Notes under the pieces: model-generated
Database searches by the model: none
Told to the model about the DNA's origin: nothing
Seen by the model: the letters and a program-made list of their open reading frames with translations, nothing else
Assembly (NCBI RefSeq): GCF_009914755.1
Contig: NC_060929.1
Reading direction: 5' to 3' (one strand)
Origin: the human T2T-CHM13v2.0 reference genome, Homo sapiens
Length of the DNA stretch: 64,000 nt
Translations under genes and position numbers: made by a program
Shown: positions 30,210-43,874 of the stretch, piece after piece
Position numbering within the stretch: the stretch's first letter is position 1
Layout: every line of letters begins with the position of its first letter

Positions 30210-30546
30210 CAGTCATCCTTCAGTATACCTGAGGGATTGGTTCCAAGACCCTTCCCCATACCAAAATCCACAGATGCTCATGTCCCTGATATGTAATAGT
30301 GTAGCATTTCCATATAACCTATGCATATCCTCCCATGTACTTTAAATTATCTCTAGATTACTTACAATCCCTAATACAATATAAATGCTAAGTAAATAGT
30401 TGTTATACTGTATTGCTTAGGAAATAACAAGAAAAAGTCTGTACATGTTCAGTACAGATAGAACCACCCTTTTATTCCCAAATATATTTGATCCACAGGT
30501 GGCTGAATCCATAGACATGGAACCCATGGATATGGAGAGTCAACTG
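30210..30546. mobile_element. MER2 (Tigger-family MITE)
   Basis: TIRs 'cagtcatccttcagtat' and 'atatggagagtcaactg'; internal 'ccaaaatccacagatgctca', 'ctctagattacttac'. Confidence 0.88.
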
Positions 30547-30804
30547 TTACTTTTAAATCACCTTGCAAATGAAAATATGCTTGCTAAGGTTCCTTCAAAA
30601 AGATCATTCTTAAAAAGAGTTTTGGTTAGTGTAGATTCCACTCAAACTTAATCCTCAGCTCCATGCATCATTAACCTTATGGATAAAAAATTGTGGGGTG
30701 GGATCCTGCAATTCTCTCGTTCTGTCAACAGAGAATACTAAAAAGTTTAAAGCCATGTTCCTCAAAATGTTTTTCTCCTACACTTAAATCGTATTTTCAT
30801 AACA

Positions 30805-31137
30805 GCATTTAATATACTAAACTACATCATAGCCTAGCCTAGCCTATTCTAAGCATGCTCAAAACATTCCCATGAGCCTACAGTTGCAAAAATCATTTGG
30901 CAACTCAGTCCACTGTAGAGTATTGGACATTTACCCTTGTGATCAAGTGGCTGACGGAGCTGTGACTGATGGCCACTGCCCAGCATGGTAAGAGAGTGTC
31001 CACCATATATCACTAGGCTGAGAGAAGATCAAAATTCAAAATTTAAAGTACAGCTCCTACTGAATGTATATCATGTTAGCACCATCATGAAGTCAAAAAC
31101 TGTAAGTCCAACCATCTGAAGGCAGGGACCATCTCTA
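30805..31137. mobile_element. MER47 (Tigger-family), 5'-truncated
   Basis: 'catcatagcctagcctagcct...agcctacagttg...gatcaaaattcaaaattt...aggcagggaccatct'. Confidence 0.78.
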
Positions 31138-31930
31138 GTTCGTCATGCAACGGAAACTTAAAAATGCCTTTAAAAGTTAACATAGGGCAGCTTAATTTGA
31201 CGTTAAGAAATTTTCATTGAGAACCTTGAAATAAGTGTGAAAAATGCATGTGTAATATGGTTATGGCAATAGGGGAGTTGGCAAAGAACTTGGGAGAACG
31301 TGCAATGTTCCCAATTAATTTTAGACCCCATAAGAATGACACAAACAGAAGAGCTTGCAGCTGCTAACAAATGACAGATATGTTCTGTCACACCCCGGCC
31401 AGTCCAAAGGGTAATGCAGCTAACCTGATAGTCCCCGGGAATAGCAGCTGTCAGGAAGGTGCTGCTACATGTCAGATCCAGCTCCTTAAGAGCAACTGAT
31501 AAGAAAAAGATGAAGAAGAAAACAGCTTAATGTCAGTGTAAAATCTGAAATTCACTTAATCATGGGATTTTAATTTGTTAACCTTCCCAAAAAATAGTAT
31601 GCTAAGAACCAAACTGTGTTCCCTAGTCAAGGTGGAGACCCATAGGACATCTCACTTCTCCATCAACTGCCACCCACGTAGCACCTCATAAATGAAAGTG
31701 GGACAGGGACACTTTTCTCTTATTAAATCATTTTCTCATATCTGAATATAGTTACGACATTTGTGAAATCAGTGCAAAAACAATCTCTTTTTATTGAACG
31801 AAACATAGCCCAGGTACCATGTGCTTAATTCAATTTAACTGAACAAATTTACTGAACACCTACGGTATATAAAGCACTGTGCAAGGCACTGCTGAGTCCA
31901 ATGTGAACCCTGCCTTTACAGAGGTGTGCA

Positions 31931-32068
31931 GACATGCACACACACATACACAGACACACTCACATGACATACATACCTCTGCACACGTATACACCACACA
32001 CAGACACAGATACGCAAACACCACGCAACACATAAATACACACGTATACACACACACCACACACACAC
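31931..32068. repeat. Degenerate (CA)n low-complexity tract
   Basis: ~135 bp of interrupted CA/CATA/CAGA units. Confidence 0.9.
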
Positions 32069-33134
32069 CTGCTGTCCATGAAGAGCAGGAGTTTTGCCCA
32101 TCACATGGAGAACAGGGAACGTACACATGGCAAGGATTTCATAGCACCGTTGGAAGCAGCACTTAGAATCTCTAGAAAAAGAGATTTCTCTTATTTACCA
32201 TTTCTACACTCTCTCACAGTGAACTACCCGTATAGTCAGCTGTGAAGGTTATAACGCCCACTGGACAAAATTTTAAAATGTAGAAAACTGTCTTCACTTT
32301 AGTATGAACAAGAGAATCCTTTGTCATCCCACCCCAGGGAACCAGTGTGAAGAGACACGACAGTTTGTGTGGAGAAAGGGGTTGACCATTTACAAGGAGA
32401 GAGCCATTTCCTAAGACGTTGCTTCATCAAAGCATCCTGGAACCCCAGAAGAGGGAAGAGTATCAAACCGCATCTGTGTGCAAGAAGCCTGGCTCCCCTC
32501 CCCATGCAACTGGAAGACCAATGAGAATCAGAAAAGCAGTGACCACGGGCCATCCTGGAGCCACATGGGGGCAGCGTCTTCTGGGACACAGGGGAAGCAC
32601 TGAGAGGCATTTAGGAACCAGGGATCCATGGTCATTCTTACTTAAAGAACACACCCATTATTTACATCCTATCCCAATGGTGGCAAAATAATACCACTGA
32701 GCTGAAAAGGATCTCTACATTCTACCAAATCCTGGTATTCTCACATGGGCTTCTTCAAAAGTATAGAAGGTTGTCAATGTGAACACAGTGCACTTCATGA
32801 CTATCATATCAATCCCTGAGTGTTTACTTTCTTCTCAGTGACATTAACACTGGAACATCCATGTCAAGGAAGTACGATCTGTTCTTTTCAAACTAAAACA
32901 TGTCCAGTCCGGAGTGGGTGGGAGCAAGCCCACCTTGTGGCCACTACTGAACTACCAAAACTCCAACAGAGAAACCAATTCTGTGAAGCCTATGGGGAAT
33001 GCCACATTTTTTCTAAAGAACCATAAATTAAGTTTAAATTCATGTGGTCTGTTCACTAAATGTCTTTGCAGAAGGAAAAGGGAATTGGCTCCAAGGATTG
33101 CAGTTGCTCTGAAAGTGCATGTGGCATCAATACT

Positions 33135-33288
33135 CACTTCTCTAAGTGGGGTCCCAGGACCTGTGGCATCAGTATTATCTGGAAACAGAAATGCAGACTC
33201 TCAGGTTCCACCTCAGAACCCCTGGACCAGCTTCTGCATCTCCACAGAATCCCCAGGTCCTCTGTGCCTTTAGGTTGGAGAATCAGTG
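33135..33288. mobile_element. MER5A (hAT-Charlie)
   Basis: 'aagtggggtcccaggacctgtggcatcagtattatctgg...agaaatgcagactctcagg...ggttggagaatcagtg'. Confidence 0.75.
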
Positions 33289-35949
33289 GAATAAACACCA
33301 GGAGTGCAAACAAGATCAAAGAAGTTACCTGTTGTAGTTCACTTTTTCAAATAATTGACTGAAATTAATTTTTATAATTAATGAAGCTAGTGATGATTTG
33401 GAATCCCTTGACTAAGAGAAGGGTTTTAATGTAATTAATCTGCAAAATGATCAGTTTTTGTGCATCACTAAACCTATGAAGTTTATAAAGATTATTTTCC
33501 TAGCTGGTTATGAAGAAAATAATGTCACAAAAGCATCTAAGGGCTGTGCCTTACCAATGAGCCGACCCTCTCCAGTCTGCTTTCCTGTAATCATAGTGAC
33601 TCAATTTCTAGACTTAGAAAGAAAAAACACAGAAAACTAACATAGAGGATTGTTCTCCCTTCTGGTCACGGTTTATGGTAGCAACAGGTGAAAAAGGCCA
33701 ACAGAAGCAACGATTTGCCTCATCACATTAAAAGAAACATTTGCTTTCTCTTCCAAAAGCGTAAGTAGTAACTATGGAAACCAGACAAAAACGTTGAAAA
33801 TGACTTGCAATTCACAAAGAGCAGAACAACTCTATTTCACCCACCAAAAAACAAAAAAATTAACGATGAAAAAATCCACCGAAACCTTCCCCAAGAAGAG
33901 CTGGATCTGCAGAAGACATAATGTGAGTGCTTTGCTCATGCACCATCATAAATTGTTTGATTTGCTACGGAATTGTTAAATTATGTTTTTACAAATCGGT
34001 TATTTAGCTGTGACTCCATTTAAATCTACAATTTTATGTGTCCTGATGATAAAATGGGCCCTTAGCTGAGCCAGCTAATTCCTCAGGTAAAAGGCATATT
34101 CTTTTGGCAGTAAATTAACTTTGGAAGGTCAGTAGGTGGCCTATCACCAATGTTAGAGATTTAAGAAATGCATATTTTGTCTAAAACACTTAATTTACAC
34201 CTAAGGAAGCTGAATGAATGATCTCAAAATTTCCAGCTATTATCTGTTTACTAAGTTGGTCCTCTGGATATCCTATTTAAAGGTTGAAATAAATGTACAC
34301 ATGATTTATGGAGAGAAAATAAAGCAGGAAAACTTCACCCAATTATGCCAACCTACTCACTGCCCAGAAATTTCCATCCAATTCCACTGCCATAAGCAAC
34401 TTCTCTGTGTGTTCTCCCATTTATCTGTTTGATGTTCCTGTATCCCTCCCCCACTTTCAGATCAGATGTTACTTCCTTTTCAGACGAGCTTGTGCACTGC
34501 TTGATCTTAATGGAACCCCATAAGGAGAAAATGACCACTTTATTTTAAAAAACAGAGGAGATGCTGACTCAAAACAGAAGAGAGTAAAGAACTTCCTTAA
34601 AAATATGAATCTCAGTGATACTTTTATAGCCCAGAATGACATGTTTATCTTTCACCTATTTTTTTTTTCACTCCAAGCAAGAGCAGAAAATTTTTTTTTA
34701 AGCTTGATAAGCAAAGACTCATTTGGGGATACCTGCTACCTGAATTATCACTATCAGGGTTAAATTAATAACTATGGCATATTATAAAGCCATAAATATA
34801 ATTTTGAGCTCCACTCTTCCCAGCATATTTATGTGAGTTTTTGTCTCATTTTGTGTGTTTGTGGTGAGTTTTCTTCCTTTCTCTGTAAAACATGGAGCTG
34901 CTAAGGCATCAGTCTGTTATTGTATACTGACGGAGTGTGGAAATAAATGCCAATATCATTTGCAGAGCCATCCTGGTTGTGACTTTTTTTTAGGTGAGTA
35001 TCCCACTTTCAACTAAAACCTAGAAAAAGAATTCTAAAACCTTTTTCCCAATTAAATGTTGGCACTCATAACACATTGTTGATGGATTGACCAAATTAAA
35101 AAACAAAAAATCTTAAGTTTAATACTGTTTTCTTCAGATGGCATCAACAGCGAAGTATGTCCCTAAACTTTTCATTGTTCAATGCTGGGTTGACAAGCAA
35201 GAAAAATCTTTTTATCACCAAAATGCAAAAACAATCTGAACTAGCTGCTGTGTCCAATCCAGCTTCGTTTTAATTTGGTGCTAATTCTCTAATTTGCTCA
35301 TTTATTTTCTCTAACCACATAATTAATGCTGAAGAAAGTCTTTTACAGCTTGCCACTGAGCCCTCCATGTCTTAATAGAAGGAAAAATTCCTTAGATATG
35401 TTTCCCATCACCATGCATGTGCTGAAGCCAAGAACTAGAAAACCGTAACTGTGAAGTATTACGAAATCCACACAATTAAGTGCTGAAACCAGCAAGGGCC
35501 AAAACCGCTCTGAGACCCAGCTCAGACCAACCCAGCCTGCCCTTTCAAGTCTGTAAATTGGATCGCGGTCCAGTGCTTTCTCTTACCTCATCAGCCTTCC
35601 TTTTTCCTTTTGCTGTAGTGGTATGTTTTCAATGAACTCTGACATATTTCTCTGATTGAAAACCATTTTAATACTCCTAGACAATGTGCTTCTGAAACAT
35701 TGTCACAACACATACAATAACCAAAAGTTTAGACCTGTGTAAAGCAAAGTGAAAAATGGAGTGTCATTGAATCCCACAATTCTCGAAATACAAGTTTATG
35801 GGAAAAGCCAAAGAGAGCCAAGTGATATAGTTTCCAGCCATGGCACCTCAGGAAGGCCCCTCACCTGGCCTAGCAGCAGCCATTCCCACCCCCAAATTGT
35901 AACCTCAGAGGTACAGAACCATTCTCCAAGTGCTGTGACCTTTCCTCCT

Positions 35950-36300
35950 ACAAATCATTCATCAGTCCAACATTTCCTAAGCACCTACTCCAGGCCAGGC
36001 ACTGTTGTCAGGACTGGACATACAGTGAAGGAAGCAAAGGCTCCGCCTCGTGGGACCCACACTCCACGGGAGGAGGTAAACCACCAAATACATGAGTAAA
36101 CCTATGGAGGATGATGGAGAAGAGAACAGAGGAATGGCGTGCTGGGAATAGGGCAGGGAGGGAGTCGCTGAAATGGAGTGAGGGGAACGTGAGCCTCTTG
36201 AAGGACAGGGCACTGGGGCGGAGTCAGAGGGGCTTAGAAGGTGAGGGTGGGTAGGGGGAGGACAGGAGCTCAGAGCAGGGAGGTGGGAGAGCAGGCACTG
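35950..36300 (-). mobile_element. L2 fragment
   Basis: 'cattcatcagtccaacatttcctaagcacctactccaggccaggcactgtt'. Confidence 0.65.
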
Positions 36301-36459
36301 CTCACCAGCATCTGGGCCTATTGAAGATAGGGATTGGTCTGGGATTGGTCTGTTATTCCATATTTTATACTCTCCCAGCCAGGAGATCAAAGTCAGTGGC
36401 ATCACTGGTAAGTCCTGTCCATAGCACTCATCCTTGATATCATGATGATGGCGCTTTAT

Positions 36460-36885
36460 TTCTGTTTCCCTCCAGAAAATCCTAGCTCCAGGCAAGTCAT
36501 GAGAAAAACCTCAGACACAGCCAAACTGAGGACATTTGACAAACTACCTGATCAGTCCTCCTGAAAACCATCAAGGTCATCCAAAACAAGGAAAGTCTGA
36601 GAAACTGTCACAGCCAAGAGAAGCCTAAGGAGACAGGCAGCTAACTGCAATGGAGGGTCCTGCACAGGATCCTGGCACAGACAATGGACATGAGGGAAAA
36701 AGTGAGGAAGTCAGAATAGAGCGTGGCCTTCAGTGAGTAATGATGCATCAGTGTCGCACATTAGCTGTGGCCAATGTACACACAAGTGCAAGGCGTTAGC
36801 AATAGGGGAACCTGGGCACAGAGTGCATAGGAACTCTCCAAACTGACTTTACAACTTTTCTGGGCATCTAAGACTATTCTAGAAC
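36460..36885 (+). mobile_element. L1MC4/L1MC5-like 3' end
   Basis: 'catgagaaaaacctcagaca...caaggtcatccaaaacaaggaaagtctgagaaactgtcacagccaagag...caacttttctg'. Confidence 0.82.
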
Positions 36886-36893
36886 ATTTTTTA

Positions 36894-37228
<335 letters not shown>

Positions 37229-38063
37229 TTAAAAAAAGATGCAAATGCTCTCTATCTAGAAATGATTCCAGAATAAAAACTGCAACAAACAAAAAAGGTG
37301 GATGTGAAACAACTGTACAGGTGAATGAGTCAGGATTTAACACCGCTCGGTCTATTCCTGCTGAGCGGTTTATGAAATCTGCTGGAGCCCTCACAGCTGG
37401 CCATTCCATTTATTTGAAACTCTGAATGATTATGTTTTTCCCTATTGGTCCCAGCTCTTTCTTCCAGGGCCACACACTACAAGGAAAACCTCCTTTCCTG
37501 TCAGCAGTGCCTCAAGTCCTCAGAGAGAGCTTTCCTAATAAAGCACGCGCTCCCTGCAGCCGTGTTCTGAGCCTCCCTTCACCCCACAAATCATGCCTGG
37601 TCTGACTCCAAGGAGGTGACCTAGACACCTTACAGGGAGGAGGGGCAGAGAGGACAGCACCTGCTCAGTTCAGGCTGCCTGTCACACCTGTCCTCAGGAT
37701 CCTCCCTCCCTCTCTTTAGGGGTCCAGGGTGCCACTGAGAGGCTCCACCTGATTTCTGAGGTCCAAGACCGTCCTGGGTTCCAAAACAGGGTCTCAGACA
37801 GCCTCCCCGTCGCATAGCCTTCGCCTGCATGGATTGAACTTAGCAGCCCTTTCTTCTTCCCTCCTCTGTTACCTCCACAGCCTGACACCATGGTGACACC
37901 CACACATGACTCAAGAAAGGATGTTGACAACTTCCATGTAGAAAGGCAAGATCAGGCTAATGTAATAAATAATCTCATACCTTGGAAGCAGTCAGCCTGC
38001 ACGTACGAGACAGAGAAAATGAGGCAGAGACAAAGGGCGTAATTGCAAATAAGAGGAGAAGTA

Positions 38064-38361
38064 GGAGGGGAACGGTGGCTCACACCTGTAATCCCAGCAC
38101 TTTGGGAGGCTAAGATGGGCAGATCACCTGAGGTCAGGAGTCCGAGAACAGCCTGGCCAACATGGTGAAACCCTGTCTCTACTAAAAATACAAACATTTG
38201 CTGGGCATGGTGCTGCGTGCCTCTAATCTCAGCTACTCAGGAGGCTGAGGCAGGAGAATCGCTTAGGAGGCGGAGGTTGTGGTGAGCCGAGATTGCGCCA
38301 TTGCACTCCAGCCTGGGCAACAAGAGCAAAACTCCATCTCAAAAAAAATAAATAAATAAAA
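38064..38361 (+). mobile_element. AluS (AluSq-like) with small right-arm deletion
   Basis: 'gggcaacaagagcaaaactcc' diagnostic; 'gaatcgcttaggaggcgg' lacks gaaccc. Confidence 0.93.
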
Positions 38362-39598
38362 AGGAGGGGTAAAGAGTATGTCTCTTTACTCTCCTGTATG
38401 TGTTTAACTCCACGCCCTCCAAAATGAATGATTTTAACCTGGAAAGTTAAACCAAACATTTGAGGCCCACCATAACTATGGAACTAACAATATTTAAAGG
38501 AATTTGAAATTTACCAAATTTGGTCTCCAATGACAAGTATGATTCTGCATCTCCTGTTGACATGGAACATTTCAGTTCATGAGAGAACTGGTCTTCAACT
38601 GAAATTGAATGCACACAGCCTTTTATGCACTGAGATAGACGTGGCTTCCCTTCTCATAGCTCTTCATAACGTTATTAAACAGTTTCTCTAGGGCCATTTT
38701 TACTTCTCTAAATGATGACGCACATACATATTTTGAGTTTCTGTGGTCTCTTTTTTTAACAAGATAAAGCAAGTAGTAAGTAATAAAGGTGGTTTCATGT
38801 ACACAGCTAATAAGAGTGTTTAAAACCTAATATCAGCTGAAGAAATCTTTTCCTTATTTATGTAAAATGGGAATTAACTCATCCAGTCAAGAGGAAAATG
38901 AAATCAACAAATGAAACGTACACAAGAGAACTGTAATAATTGCCAAACTCGGCTCCGCAGAGAACAATGGGATTCCAGCAGAACACAGCACCCGGGCAAT
39001 GGCGGAATGTGTGCATCGTTGCCTCTTTTTCCAGAGCCTTATCCTATCACAGCCCTGTTAGAGATGTAAGCTCCTGGTCTCTCTTTGAAGGGTGTGGTTT
39101 CAGTATCTAAAGTGATTATCTTACTTAGGTTCATGAATCCCATAAAAATGCAGGAATTGTAAACATTTAAAGTGAAAATCCTTCCTAGGATGTCTCATAT
39201 CTTAGCTATAATTGCAACCACTCCATATTGTGTAAAATTGTTTACAAAAATTCAAAAAGCCAAACAATTAAACATATTCTAAGTGTCTCTCAATTGCCAT
39301 ACAAATCTATAACGAGGGACAAAGGGAAGGTGACATGACTCAGAGTCTCAGCAGTGAGTCATCAATCATGGCAAAATAATCACCCTCCTGGGTGAACTCT
39401 CTTTGTCAACAGTTGGTCTGGAGGAGGAGGCATACAGGCATACAAAAATCAGCAAGTTCTTAAAAGCATGCAAAAACTGAATTCTCTGGACAAGGTCCAG
39501 TGCAAATAAGTTGGGATGATCCTCAGGAGCAGAAAACAACTCTGTCAACAAGGTGCCACCTCCAGGTCATCCTCTGTGCTCCGCTCCCTTACAGATGG

Positions 39599-40436
39599 TG
39601 TACAGGGTCAATTAGTGTCTGTCCCCTAAAAGTTCACGTCCACTTAGAACCTCAGTGTTATGTTATCACTATGTTATAGAGCTTTTGCAAATAGAGTTAA
39701 ATTAAGATGAGGTCTAATATGCTTTAGGTTCTGTGTCCCCACCCAAATCTCATGTCAAATCATAATCCCCACATGTTGAAGGAGAGGCCTGGTGGGAGGT
39801 GATTGGATCATGGGGTGGTTTCTAATGGTTTAGCACCATCCCCCTAGTGCAGTGTTGTGATGGAGTTCTCACGAAATCTGGTTGTTGAAAAGTATAGTTC
39901 TTCTCCCTTTGAGTTGTCTCTCCTGCCTCTATGTGGAAAAGAGTGCTTGCTTCTCCTTCACCTTCTGCCATGACTGTAAGTTTCCTGAGGCCTCCCCAGC
40001 CATGCGGAACTATGAGTCAACTAAACATCTTTTCTTCATGAATTACCCAGTCTCAGGCAGTTATTTAAAGCAATGTGAGAACGGACTAATACAAGATCAT
40101 ACTGGATTAGAGTGAGCCCTAATGCAATGACTGGGGTCTTCATAAAACGGCCACATGAAGGCAGAGACACACAGGGAGCACTCCACGTGACTACTGACAT
40201 AGACACTCCACACTGGAATGATGCTTCTACAAGCCAAGAAATGCCATGAACTGCCAGCAATTACAGGAAGCTGAAGATAGACCTGGAATATACTGTCTCT
40301 CGGAGCCCTTTGAACCAATCTGCTAACAACTTGATTTCAGACTTCTGGCCTCCAGAACTTCAAGAGAATAACTTCTCTTGCTTTAAGCCACCGAGTGTGT
40401 GCTGATTTGTTATAGTAGCCCTAAGAAGCAAATACA
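39599..40436 (+). mobile_element. MLT1C/MLT1B solo LTR split by MSTA
   Basis: TG...CA termini with perfect 5-bp TSD gatgg (39594-39598, 40437-40441). The 'aagatgaggtc|atactggattag' consensus resumes after the insertion. Confidence 0.9.
39715..40093 (+). mobile_element. MSTA solo LTR nested in MLT1
   Basis: 'tgtgtccccacccaaatctcatgtc...gtaagtttcctgaggcctccccagccatgc...ggactaataca'. TSD aggtc/agatc. Confidence 0.92.
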
Positions 40437-40779
40437 GATGGTAACAATGACCACAAAAATAATGATGAAAGTCCCCTTGGTCACAATATCAGTCCTTAGC
40501 TAATTTTCAACCATTATTAATGCAAAATAAATATATACATAAACACTTTTTTTGGGTGACTTGACAAATATTTAATGAACTATTAGTTTTCTTCCCATGA
40601 AGGGATTTGAGTGAGGGTCCTGCCTCACAGTCATATACTAACCATATATCTATTGAATGCCCAAAATTTGACACTTTGGCTTAGATACCATGGCAGGCTA
40701 AAATCAAGCTAATAAAAAAGAGAGAGAGGAAAAAAGAGATTTCAGAGGATACTAATATTTACAACAAAGTTTACAACCT

Positions 40780-40856
40780 GTTGTTTGAATCATATGAAAT
40801 TGCCAATAGTTGACCTTTCTTGAACTACAAAAATAGCTATTTCATATGGTTTAGGC
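40780..40856. mobile_element. MADE2-like mariner MITE
   Basis: Inverted arms 'catatgaaattgcc' and 'gctatttcatatgg'. A more degenerate copy is possible at ~26110-26185. Confidence 0.7.
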
Positions 40857-41077
40857 CAAAGGTTGAACACTATGGCCATAAGCCAAATCTGGCCCACTGC
40901 TTCTTTATGTAAATAAAGTTTCATTGGAACACAGTCATGTCATATGTTTGCATAGTCTCAATGGTTGTTTTCACGCTGCAACAGCAGAACTGAGTAGTCA
41001 TGACAGAGACCATATAACCCTAGAAGCCCAACATACTTATTATTTCACCTTTTACAAGAAAACTTTGCTGATCCCTG
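40857..41077. mobile_element. MER58A (hAT-Charlie)
   Basis: 'gccaaatctggcccactgc...gtaaataaagtttcattggaacacag...gcagaactgagtagt...tttgctgatccctg'. Confidence 0.88.
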
Positions 41078-41340
41078 ATTTAACCTAAAATGACTGTCAG
41101 CAACAGTAAAGGCACCAGGATTTCAGAAGAAGCCAAGATCAATGTAAAAGGAATCCTTACTAGTGTGTCCATCTGAGACTCCAGACATAAACTGGGACTT
41201 GAGAAAGAAGCTGAATTCTAATGAAGAAAAAAGGCTCTCAATGCAACAGTTCAAGCTAAGGACAGAAGGGACAAGGACCCAGGGGATGGCGAGGATGATA
41301 ATGGCTGTACTGGCCTTTGGCCCCAAATACCAGGAGCACT

Positions 41341-41410
41341 TGTCTCTCGGAGCCTTTTCAACCAATCTGCTAACACCTTGATTTCAGACTTCTGGCCTCC
41401 AGAACTTCAA
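41341..41410 (+). repeat. 70-bp copy of 40294-40363
   Basis: Ungapped alignment, 3 mismatches. Confidence 0.93.
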
Positions 41411-42238
41411 TCACTGGGACACCTCAAAATGCCCCCATTTGGTTCCAGGTCCTGTCCCTGCTAAAATCCTCACATGAAGTAGAACTAGAATGAGAAAACT
41501 TTGATAAGGTTTCAGAGATCAAAATTCTTTGAACACCAGACTGAGAAATTGTATCTTTTTTTCTTTACGCATGAATCAATAGAAGGATATGTAAACAGCA
41601 TGATAGAAGAGTTATATTAGGAAAATTAATTTCTGATAGATGTGAAATAATTGAGTCTAGAGCAAAAACTATATTATTCAGAATATCTATTCCTGTGGCC
41701 CTTTTTAGGGTTGTATGATAAAGGATAATTACTCCAATGATTGCAGTAATTACACTTTAAAGATTTATAGAGAGTTCTAGAGTTGGGAATCCCTTTGGGG
41801 TTATTATCAAATAGAAAAGTAATCAAAAGGAGCCTTTTCTGCTTCATTAATAGGCCACACATTACAGCCAAAACATAACCTGCTATAAAGCTTGCATTGT
41901 ACATCGAGCTGCAAAGTCTTACTACCAAATGCTTCCCAGGGATTTATAAATATTGAAAGGTAGAGAAGAATTTGCTTGAGTGAGGAAAGTTCTCCTCTTT
42001 TCCATTTACTTCAATTATCCAAAAGCATATTAAAAACATTTAAGTTTAACATTAAACTAGAAAGCCAAGTGGGATGTGTTGTAAGTAAATTAATAGCTAA
42101 ATAGATATGTGCATGTTTATCAACCTGACATTAAATGTATCTTAAACCACATATATAAGAGCTGTCACAGGGTCATACAGTTCATTGATTTTTTCAAAAC
42201 TAATTCACAGGTACCTTTAATTATGTAAACCAGCTGTT

Positions 42239-42467
42239 CACTGCCTGGTAAAGACTTCAGCTTGCAAAGTAAGAATTATCTACGTAGAGAGACTGACCTA
42301 GAACACAGTTGCTCCCAATTTTTTAAAGGAAATGGTGTTACACTGCAGCAATTTCTTCTCATGAACTTGTTAGCTATGAGCCCTTGAGCCATCAGCAACT
42401 GAAGGTCCGGAGAAGCCCCGGAGCAGCTTGGCTTCAGCTGTACATTCACGTCCCCTAGTTCACATTT
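42239..42467 (+). repeat. Local duplication, copy 1 (partner 43875-44115)
   Basis: Shared blocks 'aaagacttcagcttgcaaa', 'gagactgacctagaacacagtt', 'agccatcagcaac'. Confidence 0.92.
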
Positions 42468-43399
42468 TGCTGGTGGCCAGTGAGACAGGGCCTGCAGGCA
42501 ATGCTCAGAGGGTCAGGATGCTGGAAATTGCCTTAGCACTGTGGGCTTTAGGTGACAACTCAAGAACTGGGAAAGCTACCCACCCTACTGGGCTGTCAGT
42601 GACTTCATAAGACAATGCATCTACATAGCTCTTGACATACTCAGTAAAAGATGCTGGAGTTTTTAACTTCTCAAGCTGTTCCCCTTTGCAATCACAAAAC
42701 CAACTGAAAATTGATGTTAATGGTCATTATCTTGGTGACAGACATTTCCCAGGGTCTCAGAAGGGTTGTATGGCAAACTCCACCTGGGTATGGTAAGGGG
42801 AGTGTAAGACGGAAAGTGTGGATGGAGGCCAGGGAAACACAAGGGATAGTGCAGCGACAGGGCTAGTCACAGTGGGCTCAGCTATCACCTTGAATCCTGA
42901 CAGAGTGGGAGGAGTGAGCACTTACCAGGTCCCGAGTGTGCTGAGGCCTTGGGTGGAAGGATGCAGCCAGACCTAGGAGACCCCTCAGAGCACAAGCCCT
43001 TCTACCTCTCATCTTCTCCATGGCCCCCAAGGGAAAAAGCCAACCAGAAGCAGAGGGCTAGCAAGACTTCAATGCAGTCCAGAGCCTGGAGGAGGCTCCA
43101 GAGGATCTGGAAGGATAAGCAGAAGATGCCCAGCATACTTCTCTTTCTTTTTTCCTACCATCAAGAGATGTTTGCTCTTATGCAAAGTCAAGCAACAATT
43201 CCAAGCCCTGGTTTTATTTTTAGCAAATTCCAATTTTTCCTCTCATCTTCCTTCTCGCTCTCTGTGTGGGTGTTCCTGTGCAGGTGACCAAACAGAGGTG
43301 GCGATTCAACTGCATTTTGCAAAGTGCTTTCAAGTGAACAAAGACATTAAACCACACTTCAGCTTGTAACAAGAATTTCTATTTCTTGAATCATCACAA

Positions 43400-43652
43400 A
43401 GTAATACTTGCTAACATTATGGAGTGCTCACTATGGAACAGGCAATTTACATGCATTAACAATTTCTAATGTTGGCAAAACCCCTATGAGGTAGGAACTA
43501 TTGCTATCATTTTAGAATTGGACAAAGTGGGGCATGGAGAGATTGAGCATGTTCCTCAGGTCCTCACAGCTACCAAGGGGCAGGACTGAGCTTCAAAGCC
43601 TGCAACCTGGATCCAAAATCTGCTCACCTAACCACTACCTTTATACTGCCTC
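43400..43652. mobile_element. MIR
   Basis: 'gctaacattatggagtgctcactatg...aacccctatgaggtaggaactattg...ctaaccactac'. Confidence 0.8.
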
Positions 43653-43874
43653 AAAATTACAGTGAAAAGGCCTAGAAGATCTTGATATTTAAAGACATCC
43701 TGCAACTAATCTTCTTCATAGAATAAAAATATCTATTTTTATGAAACAATCACCTATTTTGTAATTTGTAAATATGACATTTGCACGTAGCATTTCCTTA
43801 TGTGTCCATGTGTCAGTTTCCAAACATTGTCTTTATAGAAATGAAATAGAATATGATCAACTTAGGTAAGTTCC

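Noticed and set aside
31860-32166. Cys/Val-rich and His/Thr-rich ORFs
   Set aside because: Translations of the (CA)n/(TG)n tract.
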